NCBI GenBank assembly: GCA_003971905.1
Contig: RSEE01000154.1
Coordinates: 62,001-113,038 of the forward strand
Reading direction: 5' to 3'
Source: Moniliella sp. 'wahieum'
Taxonomy: Eukaryota
Length of the DNA stretch: 51,038 nt
Positions 12,415 through 24,597 of this stretch are shown piece by piece (positions within the stretch are counted from its first letter, which is position 1; the number at the start of each line of letters is the position of its first letter). The translations under genes were made by a program, and so were the position numbers. The notes under the pieces were generated by a model, which was not told the origin of the DNA, made no database searches, and saw nothing but the letters and a program-made list of their open reading frames with translations.

Positions 12415-13203
12415 CTAGTACTCCATCTCCTCCGCGAGCTTGTACTCGGGCTCGTCGTACGAATGCAGCGAGATCTTCATCACTCGTTTTCGAGGCCGTT
12501 CCGGACAAAGGCCTAAGCGAACCCAGCAGTCAGTACAACAATTCCCAACACAACCCAAACCCAAACCCAAACCCGCACAGCCAGCCGACTCAAGACGTAC
12601 CCGATCCAACGCTTGCTTCTCGGGCGTCAAACGTAAACCAAGCCGCAAAACACAGCACCGACACCCAACGTGTACATCCACGGCTTGAACAAGTCCCACG
12701 CCGTCTTGTGGCTCACCGGATCGGGAGCCCACATGGTGAGAACTTCTTCTTCCGGGTGCATCTGCCCAAAAAGAAACGGATCAGGACAGATTGCCCTTGC
12801 GCATAAGGAGGAGGTAGGAAACTGGAAGGGGGGGGACGTACCACTTGGTCAAACTGGAGGTGGAACTGGCTGTTCCAGTAGCGCGTAGTAGACTCGGGCT
12901 TGTCACGCGCATGGATGCGAGGCACCTCGGGGTAGCCGTTGTACTGCACGTCCTTGCTCGGGGTCTCGCCCGGTGGAGGAGGGGGACTTCGATCGGGTCG
13001 AAATCGGGCTCGCGGTCGTCCCGGATATCGGTGAGGTTGCCGGGGTAGTCCAACGGGTAGACCTTGGGCGGCGGCTGGCGCTCGTGGACCCAAGTCTGGC
13101 GCATACGAATGCTGATGTGGTGGGGCGCCAAGGGACGTGGCGGTGCGCGCGAGGAGGCGAGCAGCGGCCGCGCAAGCGACCCAGCACGCGGGAGAAACGA
13201 CAT
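12415..13203 (-). CDS. NDUFB8: Mitochondrial complex I accessory subunit NDUFB8 (ASHI/NIAM)-like; two introns; frameshifted in assembly
   Basis: ATG 13203 starts an Arg/Ser/Leu-rich presequence (MSFLPRAGSLARPLLASSR). Then YNGYPEVPRIHARDK..YWNSQFHLQFDQ, an intron (~12841-12762), MHPEEEVLTMWAPD, and a single TM segment (YTLGVGAVFCGLVY). A second intron (~12600-12513) precedes the end ...KLAEEMEY*. Confidence 0.72.
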
Positions 13204-13779
13204 GGACAGCACGCTCAACTAAACCTCGACGGTGGCAGCGACGGGCGCCGACCCAGCGGAGCCCCCAACAGGCCTCGGCCGACCAGACGAGCCAACGCGC
13301 GAGCGTTGATTAATAAAGCACCACCGTTCCGCCCCGTCCCATTCCGCTGCGCTGATGTAATCGGCCCGCTGGTTGGTTTGAAATGGATGCATTTGGTTAT
13401 TAGTTACCAATCATCCATCGCCACTCATCGATCAGACCAACGGGTTGTGCGGCTTAGATTGTGGCTCCCCTCGGGCTGTCTCCTCGCCCCAATCACCACC
13501 CCCCCATCTCCTGGGGGACGAAGATGTTGGGCCAGGTAGAGCGGGCAGCAGGCTCTGAAACGCTCTCGCCTGCTCCAGCGCCCCAGCCGCCAAGCCCCAC
13601 CCGAACTTGACGGCTCATCGAGCTCATCCGAGATCTCTGTGCGTTCATGCGTTCAATATTCAACCAGGGGGACCACTCACCTAGCCTACGGCCCGGCTTG
13701 CTAGCCACCGATCCACCGTTCCACCGTCAAACCGTTCCATCATCGCCACCTTAGCCACCGTAGCCACCGTTAATCAGAA

Positions 13780-13922
13780 GGCCCTGATCTCCTGAGGATT
13801 CCCCTGGTACCCTAAGCGGGGTCAGCGCTAACATGTAACAAGCAACACGCGCCAGTTGAACGGGCCGGTCTAGGCGCAGCGTTACTTTGTCCCAGCCTTA
13901 AGCTCTGTCAAGGATATATGGT
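13780..13922 (+). mobile_element. Short diverged 3' fragment of the CRE-like non-LTR element
   Basis: ccctgatctcctgaggattcccctggtacc...tgaacgg...cagcgttactttgtcccagccttaagctctgtcaa aligns with 5712-5840. Confidence 0.65.
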
Positions 13923-16200
13923 TACTAGGCGTATCCTTGCGTACCCTACCAGACCCTACCTAGAAGTCCTCGCCACATGCCCATGTCACAGCGGCTGTAA
14001 CATGTAAGACGTAGCAATACGAGTGATACACGTGTGGGTATGCTGCGGAGACAATCGATAGTCAATAATCGGTCAATCATTAATCATCGATGGTCCATAG
14101 TCGAAGATAAAGATGGTCGAGTCAAGCTAGTCAAGCTCAAGGAAGATGGAGTCCTCGATGGAGGAACGCGGATTTTGAGATTTGAACCTTGGAAAACGTT
14201 GAGGTTCTTACCCGTTCTTTTTGCGCTCTTCTTTCCTATAGTACACAGGCAGGACCTGTTGAACGGTTAGATTTACATACGTCTTCTGCACTACTAGTAG
14301 ACAGCCCGCTCTTCCTCCGCGCTTCCTCATATATTCGGATCTTAGTTGGCAGATCTCTGAATAGCTGGTGTCGTCCAGCGTTACCTCCTCTTTCTTCCTC
14401 ATCGGCACCGTGGTACAGTCGTAGGGAGGGTTTGGGGGTAGGTTGAGTAGTTATTCTTATAGCACCTGAGAAGCAGTTGGTACTTAGTGGGATTCCAAAT
14501 TTCAGGCCAACACACAGTTGTCCAGGACACTTGGGTCCTCGTGCTGAAGGAGGAGTGGAATGGAGGATGTGGTTCTGAGGAGAGGTACAGGAGGCTATGA
14601 GAAGGGTAGGGCTTAATAGACGAGGTACCGCGGAGCTGAGGAAGCTTCCGGGCGGATAAGAGGGTGATGACTATCACGCAGGATGGCGTGATTGGGGCAT
14701 CGCCCCAACAGCCCCACCACCGACCGGATGCGGACGAGGCGATGAAGAACGGGCACGGCAGAGGTGCCGTGGTCGAACACCACCTCGCGCCTACGTATCC
14801 TGGGCATCCCTCATCGGCCTCATCGAATACCCATCCCTGCTGGCCAGGCTGACCCCTTCGATCCAATTCCAAACCCAGCAAGCCTCCAGCCGCCGAGCTG
14901 CACGAGCTTCACTCCCCCAACTTCAAGCGAGCCAAGCCGCGTACTAACCATATAAGTGCGCGTTACGCGTCAGGAACTATTATATAGGCAGTGGCCAAGC
15001 AGTGGTTAAGCGCTAAGCAGAGCAGAACACGACACGACACAAGCCCAGCGCCCAGCATCCTCCCAATTCTTAGATCTACGTCTCGCCAAGTAGCTCGTAA
15101 GAATTTTGCATCGTTCTCCACCCACGTAGGTGACGGTCACCTGGGCCACCCACGCCACCTATAGCCGGCCTAACTGGCCTATCACCGCGTCTCCGAGATC
15201 TCAGATCTCACCGGCTCACCGTCCTTGCCATCCTGCATAGGGCGTACTCTCATTGGGTCTCGATTGCACAGAGTTACTGATGCACTGAAGTACTGACGCA
15301 GTGTGACATGGGTGCCGAACGCGCCGAATGTTGAACGTACTGGACGTTAGTGAACGTACGTTGGACGTTGGACGCGCTGAAGAACGTACATTCCAGCCCC
15401 TTTTTGTCCCTCCCCCCCTTCCCTTCAGAGCCTCAAGATTCAAGCTTCAAGCTTCAGGGCCGCAGGCCTCAGGGCAGGAATATTCTTTAGCTTCTGAAGC
15501 TCATGTGCAATGCAATACACCATCATCTGCCTGCTCTTGGATCTTGAACACGTTCACTACGTACGTCACTAGTTAGCGCTCACGCTCTGGCGCCTAGGGG
15601 CCTGGCACGCCACGAACGCTATGCCCTTGGTCCCTCGCGCGAGCGAGACCAGTACGTTCTGTGTCGATATATGTACTCAGTACTCAGTATTGAGAATTGA
15701 GATCGATCATTTCGATCATTAATCATTGAGACTCAATTCTGAGGACTGAATACGTACTCAGTGGTCAAGAATGCATGATGAATCGTGGGGGGGGCGCGTG
15801 TCTACTATTAGCTGCTGCTGCGGATGGACGGCCTGCCACGAAGTCCGACGCTTGAGAGGGTTGAATACGGTGAGTACGTGAGTACTCAGACTGAGTACGT
15901 CGACCGAACCAATGATCATGATTAATGATCTTGCGGCTTTTGTCTCCAGGAAACACAACTGGAGATGGCGACGCGCAAGCCGTCTTCTCGGTTTCCAATA
16001 GCCACACCCACCTCTTCTCTTCGTCTCGCTCGTCCGGTTCTCGTGGACTTCTTTCGTGGTTGGCCTTGGTTGATTTGCTTGGGAGGCTTGGCAGCCTAGT
16101 CCGTTGGCGGTCTGCTCTTTTCCCAGCATCCCCACAGCACCTACCTCGTTTTGGTTCCCCGTTGACCGTGTTTTTTCTCTCTCCCTGTTGGGGGGTTGGT

Positions 16201-16229
16201 CTGAACTCTGAACTCTGAACCCTGAACTG
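16201..16229. repeat. Heptamer tandem repeat (CTGAACT) x4 upstream of OPT copy 3
   Basis: ctgaactctgaactctgaaccctgaactg. Confidence 0.85.
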
Positions 16230-16304
16230 GTGGGTAGTGATGGTCCATGGTGGCAACCCAATGCACTGGGCCGACGACGGTGCGATTCGGCCGCTCCGGC
16301 GTTA

Positions 16305-19209
16305 ATGCAAGAAGTATACTACGACGAAGCGCACTTATTTTACCTGCCCTCATCCTCTACACCCCTCCGCCTCCTCCAACCGTACCTACTGCTAGTACGC
16401 CCTACCCACCCGTGATGCGACCTGGTATCCTTCCGATGCGCACGACGCAACAACCACCTTGTTGCTCGAGCAACAGCAACAGCAGCAAGAGGAAGAGGAA
16501 GAGGACGTGAGTATGATACGGCTACCAGCGCAAACGCATTCCATACGTCACGACCCCGTTTCTATTTTATCCGTTTCTCCCTTAACTTACAACACGAGCT
16601 CGGAGGCCAACCGTCTTTCGTCCCTGACCTCACCCTCGTTGGACTCGATTTGACAAAACGCCGCGCTGGAATCGAGGACGACGAATGGTCCTTGTCCAAC
16701 GACCATACCGCTGTGTCTGACGAACCGCCGGGTCTCAAGCGCGAGAAAGGAGGCCGAGGGTGGAAGCTCGAGGAGGAAGAGGATCAAGATGAAAAACTAC
16801 AACAACAACAAAACAACAACATCGACAACTACAACTACAACTACAAGACGAGGAAGAGGAAGAGGGAGAGGGAGAGGAAACAGAACGTCATCCTCTCTAT
16901 CGTTCCTCCGAAGTACGCAGAACGGTACCCAACGACGACGATCCCGACATGCCATTCAACACATTACGCGTCTGGCTCTTAGCTGTGCCCCTCGGGCTCT
17001 GGCCGTCGCAACGTTTCAGTTGGACATCAATGTGACCGAGGAAATGGCTCCATCATCGTAGGTGCCGTCCTGGTCCAACCCATCTGCTTTGGACTGGGAA
17101 AGCTGCTGTCCTACCTGCCCTACCCGGCACAGTGGCCCTGCGCTCGGTTTGTTAATCCGGGCCCGTTCAATTTGAAGGAACATACGTGCGTAGTTGCTCC
17201 TTACTTTGTGTGTGGGGTTGGGTTTGGGTTTGATGTTGGTCTCTGGCCTGCGGTCTGGGGAGATATGAAGGGGGGGTTGCTAACCTGCTTTTTTGCTTTT
17301 TCTTTGTTCGGACATAGGATCATCACGATGGTGGCTACCGTTGTGACGGGACCCAACTTGACCATGCGCTACATTGGCATCATGAGCATGGCACCTTGTC
17401 GCGTTGCGTTGGACCCCATCCAAGGTGCAAGCGAGTGCACGCAACAAGGTGCTTGGCCCCTCGGCTTTCTCGCGCTCATCCACCTCTCTTCGCCCTTGGT
17501 CGGACTGGCACTAGCGGGCTAACGGCTCGCATCTTGATCCGACCCAGTAAAATGACTTGGCCCACCCAATTGCAAACGGCAGCCATGTTGACCAGCTTGC
17601 ATGGCGTTCGAAGACAACATTGGTCGCCTACCAAAGTATTTACTCCATTACGGTAGCCTCGTTTGTCTGGGCCTTTGTGCCCCAACGGCTGTTTGTCCCG
17701 CTCAACAGCTTTAGTTGGCCCACCTGGATCGCGCCCAAGTCGTTCGGTGTCAACTTGGCCTTTGGCGGGATTTCGGGAGGACTGTCCTTTGTCTCGCTTG
17801 ACTGGTGGAGCGTGACGGCCGCGTTGGGCTCCCCATTGCTCCCGCCCATTTCGGCTGTGATCAACACATTTGTAGGGTGGCTTTTGGGACCATGCTTTGT
17901 AGCTGTGCTCTTGTTGTTTACCAACACCAAGGGCAGTGCCCATTTGCCATCAATGGAGCCGAACCGTTTTTGACAACCAAGGTCGCATCTACCAGTTCCA
18001 AGGGTACAACCCACCTTGTTGCCCAACTCGTCCGTCGCCAGTTTGCCCCACAGCGTCCATTTAACCAAACTGCGTTTGATGCCTACTCGTACCCGTACCC
18101 CACCCCAGGCGCTGTGGTTGGCATTGCATTTTCGTTCGCTGCCGCATCGGCATTGATCGGGCACACGCTCTTGTTCCATTGGTCCGACGGGACCAAGGGC
18201 GTGGCGCACAAAGCGGAGACAGGAACTGGACCAACTGAACGCTTAATGCGTCGGTACCGCCCGGGCCCCTGTGGTGGTACGTGGCCTTGTTCGTGGTCAG
18301 CATGGCCTTGGCGCGCAATGGTGCGCGTGTACCATACGGGGATGCCCGTGTGGGGGCTGGCGTTGGCAGTGGGGTATGCACTGGTGTTTGTGGTGCCGGT
18401 GGGCTGTTGATGGCCTTGACGGGGATGCAGGTGACGCTGGACAACCCAGCCAGTTTGATTGCCGGCTTGGCGTTTGATCATGGCCTGGCTACACCCTTGT
18501 TTGGTTGTACTCTACCGCGACGGTTGCAACAGACCATGTTGTTTCTCGGCTGTGGCAAGCTAGGCCACTACTTTAAGATCCCCCGCGCGTCACACTCGCT
18601 GTGCTCGCTGGAAACAGGGCCTGACGGCACTGGTGCAGGGGGGGCTGTGGGTGGTTGCACGGGACGAAACCGGTGCGCCAACGCAGGGCTGCATGTCCAG
18701 CATGGCGGCCGAAGCACTGTACTGGGGAGCCATCCGACCGCATCGGCCTTGCTCCGCACGCATGCGTGGACGTTGTTTTTTTTCTGGTCGGGGCCGTGTT
18801 GCCGGTGCTGGGGTACGGCGCACATCGCCTGGGCATCCGCCTGGGCAGAGGGCACATGAACCACATCTGCTTCCCGCTCGTCCTGGGCGGCGTGGTGGCG
18901 TGGCCGTCGAATTGGTCCATCTCGTTCACGTCGTGGGCAGCGGTGCGGGTGGGATTTGATGCGCTGTTTGCGCGCTCGCACCAGCTCAACTATTGGTGTG
19001 GGCTCGGCCTGCTCGTCTCGGCGGGCCTGTCGGTGGGAACGACGATGACGGTCGCGCTGGTGGGCTTGGTTTGGCCGCGGGGGGGGTTTGGGTGGCACAT
19101 GCCCTCGCCGCTGGACCGCGCGATGGAGGTGGGCACGGGGCCAGGCATTGTGTGGAAGCCGCTGGGCGCAGGACACGTGTTTGCGCCGGCGCCGGGCGGG
19201 GGGGACTAG
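16305..19209 (+). CDS. OPT-family oligopeptide transporter, copy 3 (divergent paralog; start uncertain)
   Basis: Low-complexity N-terminus. Motifs EVRRTVPNDDDPDMPFNTLRVW, NPGPFNLKEHT followed by an intron, RPSKMTWPTQLQTA, KLGHYFKIPR and ALYWGAI. Stop at 19209. Confidence 0.88.
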
Positions 19210-19609
19210 CAGGATACTATGCATGCATTGGCGTCTGGATTGGGGGGAGATAGTAGCTCTGCTCATCCGTGCCTGCCCATCCTGCTTGGTGGCTCGGAGC
19301 TTGATCCCCTGTTTATCTCGAGTAAATATTAAATCGCTCATCTCAACACCTGAAAGATTTCCGCTCGGCTGCTCGCGAGAGAAGATGGCAGGCGAAGCAA
19401 CACAGCCCTGCGAGCGCCTGGGTCGGCACGGTGCCCTCCACGTCACCCGAGGCGTGTGGCTGGCCCCATGCGGTGTGACATGGGAGGGAAACTTGGTGGG
19501 AAAAGCGCGCAGAGGACCCTGGTGGCCACGCCAGTTCCTGCGCGCCAATTCCGCCACGCGACCCCGCACCAGCCGCTGATAGCCACACCAGCAAAACCGA
19601 AGCATCATA

Positions 19610-19683
19610 CATCACCCCCATCACCACATCACCCCCATCACCACATCACCCCCATCACCACATCACCCCATCACCCCCATCAC
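19610..19683. repeat. Tandem repeat (CATCACCCCCATCACCA) x~4
   Basis: Read directly, just upstream of the EXS gene. Confidence 0.85.
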
Positions 19684-19720
19684 GCCGCTGCCACGCGCCT
19701 CTGCCCGCGCCAGCAGCTTC

Positions 19721-22486
19721 GTGGCCAGCGCCCCCGTCTTCGCCTTCGTCTCCATCGCCCTCTGCCTCGTCCTCGCCGTCTCCGTCGTCCTCGCCCTCGC
19801 GTCGCCACCCCCCCCGCTGGCCGCCATGCGCCCGCCAGCGCCCCGCCCTGCCTCGCCCCCCTTTGGCCTCCTCCCGCCCCATCGCCCCGCGCTCGTCCTG
19901 CCCTCCTACCCCGGCGACTGCCTCGCCCCTGGCTCGCCTCCGAGAGCGCCGCCTTGGCCGATGCCCTCGCCCTCGCCCCCGACCCCGCCGCCGCCGCCAA
20001 CGGCTGGCGTGGCCGCCTCCCGGCGCCTACTTCCTGCCCCCGGCCACGGCGGCCACCCCTTCTCCATCGGCTTCAACTTCCTCCTCCCGCCGCCCTACCG
20101 CGTTGTGATGCTCATCGGCGCCACCCTCCTCTTGTTTGCCGCCACACTCGCCGTGCTCCATGCCCTCGGCATGGACCTCGCCCGCCTGCCCACCTACGGC
20201 GCCTCGGCCTACGCCGCCGCCCACGCGCGTCGCCGTGAACGTGCGCCCCATGCCGCCCACTCTGTCGGCCTCGCCCTCCAGCACTTTGCCCGCCCCAGCG
20301 GCGCTGATCCCGACCTCGATGACGGCGAGGACGATGTGCAGGCGCATCCGCCCAAGCGCAATCCTTCCTCCACCTCGTCCGGCGAGCGCGCGGAAACAGC
20401 GCTGGTGCTCGGCGTGCTGTACTTGGGCCTGGCGACGCTCTCGTGGGTGCTGTTCCGCTACTGGGTCGACGGCCCGGCCCATGGCGATCCGATCGGGCGG
20501 CATGCACAGCTGTACCAAGGCGTGGTGCCGGTGCTGGCGCTCGGCTTGCTGCTCTGGCCTGGCCAGCAGCTGGGCAAGCGAGCGCGGTACGCCTACCTGC
20601 GCGCGTGTGGGCGGATTGCGTGGCCGTCGCTGCGGCAGCGGATCGCGTTCGACGACCTCCTCCTCGCCGACACGCTCACCTCGGTGGGCAAGGTGTTTGG
20701 CGACGTGTGGCTGGGCTCTGCTTCCTCCTGCCGCGCAACGAACACCATACCTGGTACACTGGCCACGGCTCCTGGGCCATCCCCTGGGTCCACTCGTTGC
20801 CCTACCTCATCCGCCTCCGCCAGTGCCTCAGCGAGTACTACACCTCGGCGCCCTCGGTCCCCTGCGGCCCGCCCGACGCGCCGACCAAGCGCCGCTCGCG
20901 CAAGCCCCTGGCCAATGCGCTCAAGTACGCGTCCTCCCTCCCGGTCATCTGGCTCAGCGCGCTCCACGAGCACGCCAACGATTACTCCTTCCTCGACATT
21001 GACGCCCGCGTCCGTCCGCCCGCGACGTACATGCATGGCGTGCGCCACTACGCCTCCCTCATCCACCAGCTCTGGTACGTCGTCGTCCCAGCAACACTCT
21101 GTCCGCTCTCTGTTGTTGTTTTTGTTTGTTTGCGTTTTTTTTTTCTTCTGACCCGCTGATCCGTGTCCCCCCCCCCCAGGCTGCTGGCCGTGCTGGTCAA
21201 CTCGCTCTTTTCCTTCTGGTGGGACGTGAATAACGACTGGGGCCTCAACCTGCTCCGCCCACATGTCTGCGTCGCCGCGCTCCACGCACTCGCACTCGCC
21301 ATCTGGGCCTACGCGTACCACGCCCAAACCGTCTTCCTCCGCTGGCTCACCCATCTCCGACCGACCGTGCCACCACCACCCTCGCCCTCCAGTACCACGT
21401 CCCACGTGCTCTTGCCGCCCTCGACTCCTGGGCCCAACACGCCGCGCCCCGCTTACACATTGGTCTCCCCGTCCGCCGCTTGGTGCACCGATCCTGGCGT
21501 GCCCTCTATGCGCTCTGGACCCAGTGCCAGCCTTACCTCTGGCTGCCGGCGCCACCGCCAACCCACCACGACCCCGACCAAACCCGCCCGCTCCTCCCTC
21601 AACATTCCCCGCGCCAACCGGGCACGTCCCCACCGCTCTCGCCCTCGCCCCCGTCGCGCTCGCCCTCCGAGCTCCTCTCCGTCGGCATTCACCATGGCGG
21701 GTCCCTTTCTGCCATGACGACCGGGTTGGGCTTGTCTGTCGCTCCTGCCACTACTACCACCGAGCAAGTGACCACCGATGCAGCCATGGATGCCGCCACA
21801 ACCCCCGAGGATGCCACTCGTGCTACCGCTGCGTCAGAGGAGGCACTAGCTTCGGGCCTTTTTTCCTTGCCCGACGCCAAGACGGCAGAAGTAGCCGAGA
21901 AGAGTGGTTTCCCACCTGCTTCCACCACCGCAGCTGGGACGGTACCGGATAAGGAGTTGATGGGAAGGGAACCGACGTGCGTGGGTCGTGGGAAGCGGCC
22001 GACGAGGCTCTGGCTCCAACGAGCAGCGAAGTAGGTGCTGACTTTTCCTCTTCTCACCCTCCTCCTCCTCCTCTCTCCTCCTTCCTCCCGCACGCTGCGC
22101 ACAAACAAGGAATGGACCTTGTCCCGCTCACTTTCCTCGCTTGGCGCACTACGTATCCCCCCTGCCCCTGAGCCAGCTGCACGCCCACCACTCTTACGCG
22201 ATGTGGGACGCGGTGTGGCCCAGCGGTTACCGGGTGGGTGTACGTGGTGGCAGTGGGCATGGACTTGGTCTTACGGTTTACCTGGTCGATCAAAATGTCC
22301 TCGCATCTGCACCACCTACTGGCGTTTGAAGGTGGGATTGCCCTGCTTGAGTTGGCCGAACTCGTACGCCGGTTCGGTTGGATGGTGGTCCGCGTCGAAT
22401 GGGAGTTTGCACGCATGGAACGCGCTCGTACACCTCGTATACTTACGGGTACAGGCACAGGGTTGATGCCCCCACGTGCAGTTTGA
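19721..22486 (+). CDS. ERD1: EXS-family (ERD1-like) membrane protein; start uncertain; intron at ~21076-21179
   Basis: EXS motifs FDDLLLADTLTS.GKVFGD, LPYLIRLRQCL, LANALKYAS, VNSLFSFWWDVNNDWGL, DLVLRFTWSIKMSSHL and ELAELVRRFGWMVVRVEWE. No SPX domain seen. Confidence 0.85.
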
Positions 22487-22548
22487 GTCGGCGCGCCAGG
22501 GGACGGGGGGCCCGAGGGGATGCACATGCACATGCACGTGCTTTCTCT

Positions 22549-22584
22549 GGTTTACTCGGTTTACTCAGTTTACTCGGTTTACTC
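22549..22584. repeat. 9-mer tandem repeat (GGTTTACTC) x4
   Basis: ggtttactcggtttactcagtttactcggtttactc. Confidence 0.85.
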
Positions 22585-23314
22585 ATGTGCTTTCCGGTGC
22601 ACCTTGGGTATAAGCTCGTACGGGATGTTGGATGTTAGATGCCGCAGGCGTTTGGTTTTAGATTTCCCCCCGCCGTGCTCCATCGCCTCAACGTCCCTCC
22701 CCCCCCCTCCCCCTCACTCCGCGCCTTCTCTCCTCCCCCTACAGCTAGCCCTTCCTCCACCCCGGATCTCTGCTGCTTCGGCCTACCAAGCGAGTGTCGC
22801 ACGGGGAAGGGAGGGTCCAAAAACGAATGAGATGCGACGCTCTACAGTGATACGGTAATACGGTATACATACTGTACCCTTTCCGCCAAAAAGGCGGATA
22901 GAGACCCAAGAATGAGTTGAGTAATGAATAGAAAGTGGGCACAGCAGTGGAAACCCCGGCGGTACCGGTTCCGAAACAGTAACGGCCAACCCGTCCCTGG
23001 TAACGAATAACCAGTAACCACTAACCACTAACCCTTACTGCTTCTGGACCCTGTGGCACAGCTGGAACCCTAGCGCGCAACAGAGGTCCCACAGGTGCCA
23101 AAGTAGAGAGAAGAGAACGTAGGTAAGCTGTCTGACATACCACCGGGTGCCCGTTACGTTGAAGTCCTGGGGCCTGCCCAGGGCGGGTGGGGGGAATGGT
23201 GGGAAGCGCCAGCCCCCCCAAAAAAGATAGGCAGAAGGAAAAGAAAGTAGGAAACAGAGAGGGAGGGAAGGGGGATAAGACGCGCGAAATAAGGACGGTC
23301 GTCAGACGAAAAGA

Positions 23315-24597
23315 TTAAAAGTCGGCATCGTCATACTCGGGGACGGGATTGTCGACAAAATCGTCAATCGGCACTGTGGGAACAAACTTGTCGTCAAGCT
23401 CAGCCGGGCGAGCCGAGGCGTTGAAGGCAGACGCAGTGTCCAGCGTGTCCAACCACTTGTCCCGTCCTTGGCACTGCTCGTCACAGTCGATCGTGTCCGT
23501 CACATTGTCCCAGTTCTCCCCGTCGTTCGGGTCGGGCTGGGCAAGACGAGCAATAAGCGCCTCGTGCCGACGAAGCACACGCGAAGAAGAGCTGGCAGGG
23601 TCGAGCGAACGCTTGGACGCAGACATGTACCGGTAGTACTTGCCCAGCGAACGCAACTGGCCCGATTGGAAAAACGCTGCGTTTTGCGCCGAACCAAAGC
23701 TGTCGGGAGGAGTGGCCCACATGCCAAAGGGGAACGCACGCTTAACGTACCCCGTCGAGATGAAAAATTCCGTCGCTTCAACCATGAACTTCTTGGCTTC
23801 GCGCCGATGGACCAGAGGCGGCCGTAACACCGTACTCGGTGATCCAGATGTCCTTATCAGGGAAACGGGTGTGGATGCCATGGATGTACTTCTTCAACTT
23901 CTTGATCGACTTCCAACTTCCGTAGTCTATTCGAGGGGGTAAGTTAGCACGCGAAAAACGCCAGGGCAAAATGAGAAAAGATGGAATGGAAGAAGAAGAG
24001 GAAGAAGAAGAGGAAACGTACAGTGGGCCGCAACAAAGTCGTAGTGCCCACCACGGTTGTGGAGGACTGGGTGAACTGTTCGAGCCAGTTCACGTTCCAG
24101 CAGATCTGCGGGGAAGAGATCCGGGTACCGTATTTGCGCAGCGGCGCAAGTTCACGCTGGAACGCCGGCCGCATCCTGAGGCGAGTAGTTGGACTGGGAC
24201 TCGACATCGGGCTCATTGTAGGCCAACAGGTAAGGGTAACGGTACTTGGGGAAGAGGCTGCGCAAACGCGGCCAGTCCTTGTTCTTCTTGTACCCCCAGC
24301 GCGTGGGCACGAATTGCAGCCCAGAGCGGGAGAGTTGCGGGACATGGCCCATCTGTTTTTTTTTTTTTCAAGTAAAATGTGGATTGGAAAGTTAATAGGG
24401 GATTAGGGGAGGTGAGGGGCGACGGGTGGATAGGGGAGTAGACCTACCTCCCAATGATGGTAGCTGTTGACAGTGGGAGCGCCAACAAGCTGGTGAGCCC
24501 ATTGGTTGTCCGCCGCCCAGGCCAGGCCGAGGTGGAAGGCGGCGGCGGACTGGGCCAGGACGAGGAGAGTGGCGAGAGAAAAGAGAGTGAGCTTCAT
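23315..24597 (-). CDS. Secreted glycoside hydrolase family 128 (beta-1,3-glucanase/Asl1-like); two introns
   Basis: Signal peptide MKLTLFSLATLLVLAQSAAA. Motifs GLAW, FVPTRWG, LLAYNEPD (acid/base Glu), IWITEYG (nucleophile Glu), YVKRAFPFG and LGKYY. Acidic C-terminal extension after a KR site. Confidence 0.85.

Noticed and set aside
12163..12574. (CCCAAA/CCCCAA)n runs as telomere or interstitial telomere
   Set aside because: Only 3-4 units each, not TTAGGG, and one lies inside an NDUFB8 intron; these are ordinary microsatellites
11523..12806. 427-aa plus-strand ORF
   Set aside because: Non-ATG start, runs through the tRNA-Ser gene and antisense to NDUFB8, with no recognisable domain
1..19209. 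Calling OPT copies 1-3 pseudogenes
   Set aside because: The same kind of frameshift affects housekeeping genes in the window, so sequencing error is the simpler explanation until the assembly is polished
18568..21633. Several long minus-strand Arg/Gly/Ala-rich ORFs
   Set aside because: Shadow frames of GC-rich OPT copy 3 and ERD1 coding sequence
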